A DNA stretch of 64,000 nt from an uncultured Candidatus Saccharibacteria bacterium (lineage in GTDB: Bacteria > Patescibacteriota > Doudnabacteria > UBA920): positions 14,619 to 78,618 of the forward strand of contig CAZYQT010000003.1 of NCBI GenBank assembly GCA_964650255.1, in the 5' to 3' direction. The translations under genes and the position numbers were made by a program. Numbering within the stretch: the stretch's first letter is position 1; the number at the start of each line of letters is the position of its first letter. The notes below the pieces were generated by a model. The model saw only the letters and a program-made list of their open reading frames with translations, made no database searches and was not told the DNA's origin. Below, piece by piece: positions 9,173 to 16,805 of this stretch.

Positions 9173-9940
9173 TTAGGTAATTTTGCGGTACCGATATACA
9201 GCTAGGGGAACGAAGACAATTATAATTCCAAAAATCCAAGCCAGGGCCCACCACAGGTCGTGACCAACAGGCATCCCTAGGGAAAGCGCTCTTACTACAT
9301 TCACTGTGTAGCTCACTGGGTTGTGTACTGCAAAGGCATGCACGTATTTGTTGCTCAGGCTCTGCACTGGAACAAAAATTGAACTTGCAAAAGCTAGGGG
9401 AAACACCCAAATGAATCCAGCGGTTTGAGCAATCTCCACATTTTTTACTGCCAGACCAATAGTTGCAGAAATCCATGAAAAGGCAAACCCAAATAATATA
9501 GTTAGACCCATGGCCATGGCAAAATTAAGTATGCCGTGATCGATTCGAAAGCCAATTGCGAGGCCCACTAAGGTGATTAAAATAACTACAAACACGTTAC
9601 GAATACTTTCCGTAATAGTTCGGCCGGCTAGTACAGCGCTGCGTGCCATTGGTAAGCTTCGGAAACGATCAATCATTCCTTTGGAAAGGTCATCAGCCAA
9701 GCCAACGCCAGTTAGCATGGCACCAAACAAAACAGTTTGCACAATAATTCCTGGGATTAAGTAGTTCACATAAGAAACGCCCGGGGTGTTAATTGCGCCG
9801 CCAAATACATACACGAAAAGCAGCACAAACATTACCGGTTGAATACTAGAAAAAACAATTAACTGTGGCAAGCGTCGGTAACGCAATAAGTTGCGCTTGC
9901 TCATCACAATAATGTCAGAAATAGTTTGAGATAAAGTCAT
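9173..9940 (-). CDS. ABC-2 type transporter permease
   Basis: Six TM helices, ABC-2 family architecture, immediately downstream of ABC ATPase. Confidence 0.7.
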   Translation of the reverse strand: MTLSQTISDIIVMSKRNLLRYRRLPQLIVFSSIQPVMFVLLFVYVFGGAINTPGVSYVNYLIPGIIVQTVLFGAMLTGVGLADDLSKGMIDRFRSLPMARSAVLAGRTITESIRNVFVVILITLVGLAIGFRIDHGILNFAMAMGLTILFGFAFSWISATIGLAVKNVEIAQTAGFIWVFPLAFASSIFVPVQSLSNKYVHAFAVHNPVSYTVNVVRALSLGMPVGHDLWWALAWIFGIIIVFVPLAVYRYRKIT

Positions 9941-9950
9941 ATAGTAATTT

Positions 9951-11066
9951 CTAATTTTGAGCTGCCTCGGCTTCGTGGCCAGTTAGCTTCATAAATACAT
10001 CGTCTAAACTTGGGCGGCGCAGAATTACATCTTCCAAATTTAGTTTAGCTGTATCAATTTCTCTGATGATTTCCAAAAGCGTAGCCGTTCCACCAGAAAT
10101 AGGCATAGTTACAACACCACCTTCTGGTGCAATGTGAGCTGGTTCAGTTCCAAATTTGTTGATAAGTTCTGCAGCTTTTGGCGCAGTTGTGCGATCTTTC
10201 AAATGCAGTTCAATAATTTCGCCACCAACTTGTTGTTTTAATTCATCAGGAGTTCCTTGAGCAATAATTTTTCCATGGTCAATAACAAAAACTTGGCTAG
10301 CCAATTGATCAGCTTCTTCTAGATATTGAGTGGTTAGTAAAACAGTAGTGCCACCAGCCACTAAGTCTCTAATAATCTGCCACAAGGTAAAGCGAGATGA
10401 TGGGTCTAATCCTGTAGTTGGTTCATCGAGGAATAAAATCTTGGGACGAATAACTAAACTTGCGGCCAAATCCAAACGGCGGCGCATGCCACCAGAATAT
10501 GTTTTCGCAGTTCGGTCTGCGGCATCTTCTAATTCAAATTCTTTAAGAAGTTCTGCAGCACGTTGTTGGGCTGTTCGTTTAGGGAGATGATACAGCCGCC
10601 CAACCATTTCCAAATTTTCTCGGCCGGTTAAAGTTTCATCAACAGCCGCGTATTGTCCCGCAAGTCCTACTATAGAGCGGAGTTCTTGAGCGTTTTCAAC
10701 TACGTCTAAGCCAGCAATGGTTGCGGTACCGCTGGTTGGTGGTTGCAAGGTAGTAAGAATTCTAACTAAGGTGGTTTTCCCTGCACCGTTTGGACCAAGT
10801 AGGGCAGTAACCTGTCCAGGGACTACATCAAGGCTGAGGTTATTTAAAGCTTGTACTTTGCCGTAGGCCTTAGAAACGTTGCGTACTGAAATAATACTTG
10901 AGGTATTTTGCTTAAACTCCGGGACTTGAGTTTCCTGACTACTTGCTGCTGCAGGGATAGATGCTTCATTTCTAGCACTATTAATAGCCGCAAGCTTTTG
11001 CTCAACAACTAATTTTTCTACAAATATAAAGCGCTTAATAGCGCGGGATAGTCTTTTTAACCACAT
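9951..11066 (-). CDS. ABC transporter ATP-binding protein (DrrA-like)
   Basis: Walker A GPNGAGKTT, signature LSGGMRRRLDLA, Walker B ILFLDEPT. Confidence 0.85.
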   Translation of the reverse strand: MWLKRLSRAIKRFIFVEKLVVEQKLAAINSARNEASIPAAASSQETQVPEFKQNTSSIISVRNVSKAYGKVQALNNLSLDVVPGQVTALLGPNGAGKTTLVRILTTLQPPTSGTATIAGLDVVENAQELRSIVGLAGQYAAVDETLTGRENLEMVGRLYHLPKRTAQQRAAELLKEFELEDAADRTAKTYSGGMRRRLDLAASLVIRPKILFLDEPTTGLDPSSRFTLWQIIRDLVAGGTTVLLTTQYLEEADQLASQVFVIDHGKIIAQGTPDELKQQVGGEIIELHLKDRTTAPKAAELINKFGTEPAHIAPEGGVVTMPISGGTATLLEIIREIDTAKLNLEDVILRRPSLDDVFMKLTGHEAEAAQN

Positions 11067-11142
11067 AAATTTATATTTGATTATACGTCGAAATCACGTA
11101 CGCGTCAATACTTTATCATTCTCTCAATGAGAATGGTATTTA

Positions 11143-11727
11143 TTATTTTTTACACACGTAAACAAATGCTCTCGGGATATTTAAGACAGACTTCGTCTTA
11201 TAAACTGTGTCAAATTTTTGCTCTAATTTTTCTCTAAAGATTTTACCGCTCTTCAGTAGATTGAAAGGGGAGTAGGCGAATGTGAGAAACAATCCGCCAG
11301 GCTCCAAAGATTGATGGATTTTTTCTAGTATTGATTCTTGCATTGATTCTGTGAAGGCTGTCCATGGTAGTCCAGAGATGATCCGATCGCATCGGGCTTG
11401 GTTATGGTTTTGAAGCAAATATAAAATATTTTCTGCAGAGTCTTGGTAGGTAGTGATCTTTGGATATTTAGCTCTCATCAATTCAACAAAATCTGGATTA
11501 ATTTCTATGGTAAAAAAGTTATTTGCATTCGGAATATTATTTACAATGTGCTCGGTGAATACTCCAGTACCCGGGCCAATCTCCACAACAAATTTTGCTG
11601 CGGCTAAATCCGCGTGCTGGATTATCAGTTTGGCCAAATTCGTTGAGCTAGGTAAAACCGCGCCAGTGAATCTCGGGTGTTTAATCGTTTGTTTTAAAAA
11701 TGATGACATCTTTAATAAGGGTAACAA
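11143..11727 (-). CDS. class I SAM-dependent methyltransferase
   Basis: SAM-binding motif VVEIGPGTGVFT; 194 aa. Confidence 0.6.
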   Translation of the reverse strand: MLPLLKMSSFLKQTIKHPRFTGAVLPSSTNLAKLIIQHADLAAAKFVVEIGPGTGVFTEHIVNNIPNANNFFTIEINPDFVELMRAKYPKITTYQDSAENILYLLQNHNQARCDRIISGLPWTAFTESMQESILEKIHQSLEPGGLFLTFAYSPFNLLKSGKIFREKLEQKFDTVYKTKSVLNIPRAFVYVCKK

Positions 11728-11752
11728 AAAACCTTAGTTAGCAACAGCGGGT

Positions 11753-12472
11753 TTAAGGCTGGCTATTTATTTTAGATAGAAAAGCATCTGCCCAGTTTCT
11801 ATAGCCTACATCATTTGGATGAAATTGATCTTCCGCAAATGTAGATTTTATATCCGGATAGTTTTTCCAACCAAATTCATGAATGTCTATTATGCGCACT
11901 CTGTCATTTTCAAGCTCAGCCATTTGGTGGTTAATTTTTATGAGGCGCTGTTGAAGAAATTTGCGGTAAACATACGGGAGTAGTGGGGCCTTCTCAACTA
12001 TGGGTATATTCGTAATGTAAATACGTGCCCTAGTTTGTTCGGTTAAGGTATTAATGATAGTTTTTAAGTTTGATACTGTGTCATTGGGATTTCGAAGATG
12101 AGTCACATCGTTACCACCGATTGAAAGCGTTATAATATCTGGTTGAAATTTAATAATTTGAGAGAGCTGATTGTTAATAACGTCGCTTGTCTTGGCTCCG
12201 GTAACGCCAACATTTTTGTATTCTACAGTGTGGGATGAAGATAAATCCTGCGCAATAAGATAGGGGTAGGAATGTTCAACAGAGCTGGCACCAACACCAA
12301 CAGCAGTGCTATCACCAGCAGCAATATATTTAAGTTCGTCACCATTTCCAAATTTTTGATCATGTTGAACAATGGTATTCAAGTGGGAAGTATACAAAAT
12401 GTACTTAAATCGAACCACGGTACCAATCGTGTATATGAGCAATACAGCAATTACAAGATAAAGAATTTTCAT
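11753..12472 (-). CDS. SGNH/GDSL hydrolase
   Basis: Block I AAGDSTAVG (catalytic Ser), block III LSIGGNDV, C-terminal DxxHP (DQFHPN). Confidence 0.7.
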   Translation of the reverse strand: MKILYLVIAVLLIYTIGTVVRFKYILYTSHLNTIVQHDQKFGNGDELKYIAAGDSTAVGVGASSVEHSYPYLIAQDLSSSHTVEYKNVGVTGAKTSDVINNQLSQIIKFQPDIITLSIGGNDVTHLRNPNDTVSNLKTIINTLTEQTRARIYITNIPIVEKAPLLPYVYRKFLQQRLIKINHQMAELENDRVRIIDIHEFGWKNYPDIKSTFAEDQFHPNDVGYRNWADAFLSKINSQP

Positions 12473-12485
12473 CAGTTAAGCATAA

Positions 12486-12512
12486 CAAAAAACCGCCCTA
12501 AAGGCGATTTTT
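12486..12512 (-). terminator. terminator, member of near-identical family aacaaaaaaccgccCTAAAggcgattttt
   Basis: cgcc/ggcg stem plus flanking A/T runs; nearly identical copies at 14216 and 15004, related copy at 13055. Confidence 0.6.
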
Positions 12513-12516
12513 GAAT

Positions 12517-12552
12517 GGGGTGGTATAGTGGAGGACGTTCGCACCGCTGTTA
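12517..12552 (-). repeat. conserved 36-nt box A (tRNA-His 3'-end-like; putative att-like remnant)
   Basis: ggggtggtatagtggaggacgttcgcaccgctgtta; minus-strand reading ends ...ACCACCCCA like the tRNA-His acceptor end CACCCCA; its last three bases form the stop codon of the upstream gene. Confidence 0.45.
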
Positions 12553-13038
12553 TCTGAGAAAGGTTTCTAAGAGAGTAGAATGAGACAATAGGTTAGTTTT
12601 ATTGGAAATGTCTTGAGCAGTACTTGGGCGTGTGTCAAAACCTAGCCATTCTCCTTGAGAGCTATATCTTAGATCAACTACAATTGCATCATCAATAATC
12701 CAAAAATCTTGGTGGGGGATATTCAATTTCTCTATTTGATCTTCAGTAATGATTCGGATATCGTCTCCAAAAGGAACTGTCTTTCTAAAGATTTCTATTT
12801 CCATTTCTTTGTAAGGGGTCAGTGGTTTTCTGATTAAGCTTACCCTTTGCATATTAATCCCATTTTCTTTTTTGGTTGATATATACTGCCACCAAGTTTG
12901 CATGTACTCTTCCGCGATTCGTTGTTCTTTTTCCCAAGTTAAACGCAACTCTTTTTCAGCATTAAGCGAAAAAGACTGTAAATATTCATATCGAAATAAT
13001 GAATGCTCGGCTTGATCAAGTGTCTCAAGTAATGTCAT
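12550..13038 (-). CDS. hypothetical protein (162 aa)
   Basis: Soluble; C-terminal DFWIIDDAIVVDLRYSSQGEWLGFD motif; no family confidently recognised. Confidence 0.5.
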   Translation of the reverse strand: MTLLETLDQAEHSLFRYEYLQSFSLNAEKELRLTWEKEQRIAEEYMQTWWQYISTKKENGINMQRVSLIRKPLTPYKEMEIEIFRKTVPFGDDIRIITEDQIEKLNIPHQDFWIIDDAIVVDLRYSSQGEWLGFDTRPSTAQDISNKTNLLSHSTLLETFLR

Positions 13039-13054
13039 ACATAGAATATAACAA

Positions 13055-13080
13055 GAAATCGCCCTGTAGGCGATTTTTGA
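13055..13080 (-). terminator. terminator (variant of the same family, aacaagaaatcgccCTGTAggcgattttt)
   Basis: atcgcc/ggcgat stem, loop ctgta, T-run. Confidence 0.55.
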
Positions 13081-13095
13081 ATTGGACTGGGCAAA

Positions 13096-13557
13096 TTAAG
13101 TTTGTTTTTGGGGGATCGGCTGAACAGGATCGCGAAATGAATTCAAGGTCTGCACTAGCTTAAATGTTAAAAGCCAAAAAACATACCAACTAATGAATTG
13201 GTTGTCTACTGGTTCGTATGGGAAAATTCTTGCCAATGCTAATATGCTATATAAGAAAAATGCAAACCATATTGCTAAGAAGAAATAGAAAAATTCTCCC
13301 AAAAATTGTTTTTGCTTTTCTTTGTTACCTAAGTTGTGAGTAATTGCCAGGGTAATTATGTTTTTAAGTATAATTAGAAAACCACCAATGAACATCAGCC
13401 TGAAAACGCCCAAGGCGTTTGTAGGTATACCGAACAATTTTATTACCCAAGCAATTGGGATAATTGAAAAAGCAGTAAATGACTGAATTGCAAAAATCAA
13501 TGCCAATATACTATACAAAAATATTTTAATTTTATTTACAGTGTTAATTTTTATCAT
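13096..13557 (-). CDS. 4-TM membrane protein (153 aa)
   Basis: Hydrophobic helices throughout; no recognisable family. Confidence 0.5.
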   Translation of the reverse strand: MIKINTVNKIKIFLYSILALIFAIQSFTAFSIIPIAWVIKLFGIPTNALGVFRLMFIGGFLIILKNIITLAITHNLGNKEKQKQFLGEFFYFFLAIWFAFFLYSILALARIFPYEPVDNQFISWYVFWLLTFKLVQTLNSFRDPVQPIPQKQT

Positions 13558-13574
13558 ATTTTAATAATATCAAA

Positions 13575-13599
13575 AAACACCTCGTATTACGAGATGCTT
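13575..13599 (-). terminator. terminator hairpin
   Basis: cacctcg/cgaggtg-like stem followed by TTTTTT on minus strand. Confidence 0.45.
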
Positions 13600-13606
13600 T
13601 TAGTTT

Positions 13607-13640
13607 CGGGTGTATAGTGGAAGATGTGACCACTGCGTTA
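13607..13640 (-). repeat. conserved box B
   Basis: cgggtgtatagtggaagatgtgaccactgcgtta; about 80% identical to boxes A and C. Confidence 0.45.
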
Positions 13641-13647
13641 ATTATAA

Positions 13648-14202
13648 TCAACTATTTATCCATTGTGATTTGTTTAAAATGTGATTTGCCACTTCCATCG
13701 CAACTTCTTCTGGATTTTTAGTATCCGTATCGATTATTTTGCAACCCTCCAAAGCAAATTTATCACGGAGTATTGGGGCAAATGCTGCGCACTCCTCCGC
13801 AAATTCTTTCAATGGCTTACCTGCTGCCCGTTCAATTTCTTTTTCACTCTCTTTTGTAGGATAGCGTCCAAGTAGGCGTCGTCTAATAACATCACCACTG
13901 GCATTCAAAAGTATTAATTCCGTTTCAGGGTATGCCTCATTCCACACAGCCCGAATCCGTTCAGGCTCGTTAAAACCGCAAATAACAGTTGATTTATCCT
14001 CCTTTGCATTAACTTTTCCTACCTCAAGCCAATTAGCAGTTTCTTGTTTATGCCATATCGGCCCACCTCCATCTGGTACGCCACGCTCATCGAAATCACG
14101 TATATCAAAATTACTCTCTGGTAGAAATTTTTTTAAGTGTTCCATCGTGGAGGTTTTACCAACTCCAGATACTCCGCTGACAAAGTAAATTTTTTTATTC
14201 AT
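13648..14202 (-). CDS. P-loop NTPase / small-molecule kinase-like (AAA_33-like)
   Basis: Walker A at N-terminus YFVSGVSGVGKTS; 184 aa. Confidence 0.6.
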   Translation of the reverse strand: MNKKIYFVSGVSGVGKTSTMEHLKKFLPESNFDIRDFDERGVPDGGGPIWHKQETANWLEVGKVNAKEDKSTVICGFNEPERIRAVWNEAYPETELILLNASGDVIRRRLLGRYPTKESEKEIERAAGKPLKEFAEECAAFAPILRDKFALEGCKIIDTDTKNPEEVAMEVANHILNKSQWINS

Positions 14203-14215
14203 ACTTTATAATTCT

Positions 14216-14244
14216 AACAAAAAACCGCCCTAAAGGCGATTTTA
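14216..14244 (-). terminator. terminator (family copy aacaaaaaaccgccCTAAAggcgatttta)
   Basis: Identical core to 12486-12512. Confidence 0.6.
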
Positions 14245-14258
14245 GTTATGAGATTCAT

Positions 14259-14294
14259 GGGGTCGCATAGTGGAAGATGTGGCAACTGCGGTTA
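14259..14294 (-). repeat. conserved box C
   Basis: ggggtcgcatagtggaagatgtggcaactgcggtta; ends in the stop codon of gene 14292..14651; minus-strand reading ends GCGACCCCA. Confidence 0.45.
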
Positions 14295-14651
14295 GAAACT
14301 TTCCCATGGCCATACCCAACTTGAATTCATTTGAGTAATTGGGTGTCCAGTCTTAATATAGAATGGCTCGAAGAACTTTATGTTACGTACGCAATAATCA
14401 CTTTCGCCGCTAGACCGATGTACTAATCCTTCCTTATAATCTTTTGCGTGGGGTCCTAGTACAATTACTTTATCCAAGTATTTTTGAGAATCTGTTTGAG
14501 GGCTACAAGAATAAGAAGTGAGAAGAGGGATAGCCAATATAATTATCACCAGAAAATATATAAGTCTACTCTTACCTTTGAATGCCAAGCTTAAGATTAT
14601 AAAACTTGCAGGTATTAGAGTGAGTATAATATATAAACCGCCATCAAACAT
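14292..14651 (-). CDS. small membrane-anchored protein (119 aa)
   Basis: N-terminal two TM helices; start overlaps the upstream gene stop by 8 nt. Confidence 0.5.
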   Translation of the reverse strand: MFDGGLYIILTLIPASFIILSLAFKGKSRLIYFLVIIILAIPLLTSYSCSPQTDSQKYLDKVIVLGPHAKDYKEGLVHRSSGESDYCVRNIKFFEPFYIKTGHPITQMNSSWVWPWESF

Positions 14652-14991
14652 TCGAATTTAAATTTACTGTTGATGAAACATGTCGTTTGTGAATTTTTTT
14701 GGTAAACCATAGGATGACGAATGCTATCACTATCCAAATGGCAATGTTGATAAACCAATTCAATATCAAAGTAGATGACTCAAATCCTAAAGAGCTATTT
14801 ACGCTTTGTCGGAAAGGAAATCCAAAGTGTAAAATAGTTTCCACAGACTTACCACTTTTATTTAGGGGTTCGGGTACAATATTATATTCAGGAGATACAG
14901 ATAAATAATAAATAGACCAGCCAAGGGCTATCCCTAAGAGTATACTCCAGCCTGCAAGATGTTTTTTTGTTTCCAAAGTAAATATTTTCAT
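14644..14991 (-). CDS. small membrane protein (115 aa)
   Basis: Start set to internal Met MKIFTLETKK, because the listed ORF start at 15093 would read through the terminator and tRNA-His. Confidence 0.5.
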   Translation of the reverse strand: MKIFTLETKKHLAGWSILLGIALGWSIYYLSVSPEYNIVPEPLNKSGKSVETILHFGFPFRQSVNSSLGFESSTLILNWFINIAIWIVIAFVILWFTKKIHKRHVSSTVNLNSNV

Positions 14992-15003
14992 ACATAAATA
15001 ATA

Positions 15004-15031
15004 ACAAAAAACCGCCGTAAAGGCGATTTTT
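15004..15031 (-). terminator. terminator directly after tRNA-His (family copy aacaaaaaaccgccGTAAAggcgattttt)
   Basis: cgcc/ggcg stem, T-run on minus strand. Confidence 0.6.
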
Positions 15032-15033
15032 GC

Positions 15034-15108
15034 TGGGGTGATCGAGGAGAATCGAACTCCCGACCTCGCTGCCACAGAGCGATGTTTTACCATTAAACTA
15101 CGACCACC
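15034..15108 (-). tRNA. tRNA-His (anticodon GTG) with encoded G-1 and CCA
   Basis: Hand-folded cloverleaf: G-1, acceptor GTGGTCG/CGATCAC, D-stem GTTT/AAAC, anticodon stem TCGCT/AGCGA with loop CTGTGGC, T-arm GGGAG-TTCGATT-CTCCT, discriminator C73, then CCA. Confidence 0.8.
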
Positions 15109-15132
15109 ATATTTTAGTTACGAGTTTAGAAT

Positions 15133-15162
15133 AAAAAAACTCGCTTCACAGCGAGTTTGTTC
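15133..15162 (-). terminator. rho-independent terminator
   Basis: Stem actcgc/gcgagt, 6-nt loop, strong T7 run on minus strand. Confidence 0.65.
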
Positions 15163-15214
15163 ATCTCTTAATATCTGCTGTGTCAGATAGGTATTTAAAA
15201 GGAATACCAAGACT

Positions 15215-15243
15215 ATTATAGCTTAAATCGAGTCTGTAGTCAA
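15215..15243 (-). promoter_or_regulatory. consensus sigma70 promoter TTGACT-17-TATAAT (minus strand)
   Basis: rc of 15238-15243 is TTGACT, rc of 15215-15220 is TATAAT, 17-nt spacer; sits between the anti-sigma stop and tRNA-His. Confidence 0.6.
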
Positions 15244-15256
15244 TCCGCTCAACAGA

Positions 15257-16048
15257 CTATCGCCGTTCCCACAGGTTATTAAGATGTTCGTCCACTCTAA
15301 ATTCTTCATTGGAATCTTGATGGCGATCATGGCCTGCTTCAGAAGAAGTGTTATCTCTTTGCCATTCGGATCGTCGGTTTTCTTCCAGTTGCTGTCTGTA
15401 CTGCTGAACTTTGTCTTCGATTTCTTTGGCGCGATCAGAATCGCCTTTGTGCTGCCAATTGTCTCGAGCTTTTTGTAATGACTCCACTGCATCCTCGGCT
15501 TCCTTTTGAGCTTTGTCGCGGCGCTGATTTTGTTGCTTGTGTCCTGAGCTCACATTCTCACTATCAATATCTACTGCAGTATCATCATCCTGAGATTTAG
15601 AGTTTGAGTCCCTGTTTGGTTGTTTGCCAGAAGAAGGCTTACTCTGATCGCGCACTTGAATTTGCTCCAGTTCTTCTATGCGGCGCTGTGCAAACTGCTC
15701 TTGTAGATTTAATTTTGATTCCTCGCTCGGAGCAATTAATAGTTGGGCATTTTCAACTTGGCGCTTTACTCCATATAATGTATCTCCAGGCAGAGCATTG
15801 GCTGAGGCATAGGTTGCACCAGTAATAAACAACACTGCTAAAACAGGAACGAGTACATATGCCCGGAATACAGTGCGACGAACAATCTCAACCCAACCCT
15901 CTTTAGCTGTCGGCGAGTCATTAGTTACAGAGCCAAGATTGTTAAAAATTTTTTCTTTTACGCGATTACGGGCTTGCTCGCTCATTATCAAATTGGGATT
16001 CTTGCGATCCGAATGTTGGTTATAAAAATTTTTCAAATCATCTTTCAT
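15257..16048 (-). CDS. putative membrane-anchored anti-sigma factor
   Basis: Start overlaps the ECF sigma stop (ATGA); cytoplasmic N-terminus, single TM helix (VLVPVLAVLFITGATYA), extracytoplasmic region LPGDTLYGVKRQVENAQLLIA (DUF5667-like from memory), charged C-terminal tail. Confidence 0.55.
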   Translation of the reverse strand: MKDDLKNFYNQHSDRKNPNLIMSEQARNRVKEKIFNNLGSVTNDSPTAKEGWVEIVRRTVFRAYVLVPVLAVLFITGATYASANALPGDTLYGVKRQVENAQLLIAPSEESKLNLQEQFAQRRIEELEQIQVRDQSKPSSGKQPNRDSNSKSQDDDTAVDIDSENVSSGHKQQNQRRDKAQKEAEDAVESLQKARDNWQHKGDSDRAKEIEDKVQQYRQQLEENRRSEWQRDNTSSEAGHDRHQDSNEEFRVDEHLNNLWERR

Positions 16049-16620
16049 TGTTTTGTAGGGGTATCATTAGAATTTTTAAATAAGTCCTTCAAACGTGTTA
16101 GGGCACGAAATTGCCAGACGCGAATAGTGACACTATTTTTACCCATAATGTTTGCAGTTTCAGTAACGGTAAAGTCTTGAAAAAACCTAAGCTCGATTAC
16201 CTCTTTATAGTGCTGCGGGAGTTTTGCCAAGGCTCGTTGAACAGAAGTTCTCTCAAGCCCATGACTTGTTTTTTCTTCGGGACCAATTTCTTTTGAGGCA
16301 AACTGCCGAGCTTCTTCAAGAGGGACTTGGCTCGGTTGCCGATATTTTCTCCGGTAATAATCATTGATTGTGTTTCCGGCAACTTTGTAAAGCCACGCGG
16401 AAAAATTAAGATTTTGTAGATTCAGGTTTTTAGACCCAGCCCAAGCTTTTAAAAATACTTCTTGTAAAATATCTTCTGCTTCGGCATCTGATTCTACTTT
16501 TATGCGGATGAATGCATACAGTCTTTGAGCAAACTCATCATATAGCTCGGCAAAGGCTGATTGATCACCACCCTGAACCTGTTTTATTAGATTCAAAATT
16601 TTGGTTTTTTCCATACTCAT
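16045..16620 (-). CDS. ECF-type RNA polymerase sigma-70 factor
   Basis: Region 2 (YAFIRIKVESDAEAEDILQEVFLKAW) and region 4 HTH (VIELRFFQDFTVTETANIMGKNSVTIRVWQFRALTRLK). Confidence 0.85.
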   Translation of the reverse strand: MSMEKTKILNLIKQVQGGDQSAFAELYDEFAQRLYAFIRIKVESDAEAEDILQEVFLKAWAGSKNLNLQNLNFSAWLYKVAGNTINDYYRRKYRQPSQVPLEEARQFASKEIGPEEKTSHGLERTSVQRALAKLPQHYKEVIELRFFQDFTVTETANIMGKNSVTIRVWQFRALTRLKDLFKNSNDTPTKQ

Positions 16621-16632
16621 CCGTCAGTAAAT

Positions 16633-16661
16633 GTATCGCTTAATTAATCAAAAATGTTTCA
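16633..16661 (-). promoter_or_regulatory. ECF-type promoter TGAAAC-N17-CGATAC upstream of sigma gene (putative autoregulation)
   Basis: Minus-strand read: atatTTGAAACatttttgattaattaagCGATACatttactgacggATG; resembles the Bacillus sigmaW-class consensus TGAAAC-N16-CGTA. Confidence 0.5.
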
Positions 16662-16731
16662 AATATGTATAAAACTATTCTAACATCTTTTTATGATAGT
16701 AAAATTTGTCTTAAATACGACAGATTTTATT

Positions 16732-16760
16732 TGAAACATTCATGCCGGGCTAAGCGATAT
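16732..16760 (+). promoter_or_regulatory. divergent ECF-type promoter TGAAAC-N17-CGATAT for the secreted protein gene
   Basis: Plus-strand tatTTGAAACattcatgccgggctaagCGATATattatacg, 45 nt upstream of the ATG at 16806; -35 flank identical to the sigma promoter. Confidence 0.5.
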
Positions 16761-16805
16761 ATTATACGAAGGGTTAATTAATCGAAAATAAAGAAAGGAT
16801 AGGTT

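Noticed and set aside
9081-9476. Minus-strand 131-aa Cys-rich ORF
   Set aside because: Spans an intergenic terminator and runs into the ABC-2 permease gene in another frame; composition-driven artefact.
11085-11140. Hairpin cattctc-tcaat-gagaatg as terminator of the methyltransferase gene
   Set aside because: On the coding (minus) strand the stem is not followed by a T-run. The T-rich side faces the plus strand, where no gene ends.
12517-12552. Boxes A/B/C as genuine tRNA genes or tRNA pseudogenes
   Set aside because: No cloverleaf can be folded. Only the last 9-10 nt match the tRNA-His acceptor end. They are treated as att-like repeat boxes, not tRNAs.
14992-15093. N-terminal 34 codons of ORF 14644..15093
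   Set aside because: These codons read through the terminator hairpin and the tRNA-His gene. Start reassigned to the internal Met at 14991.
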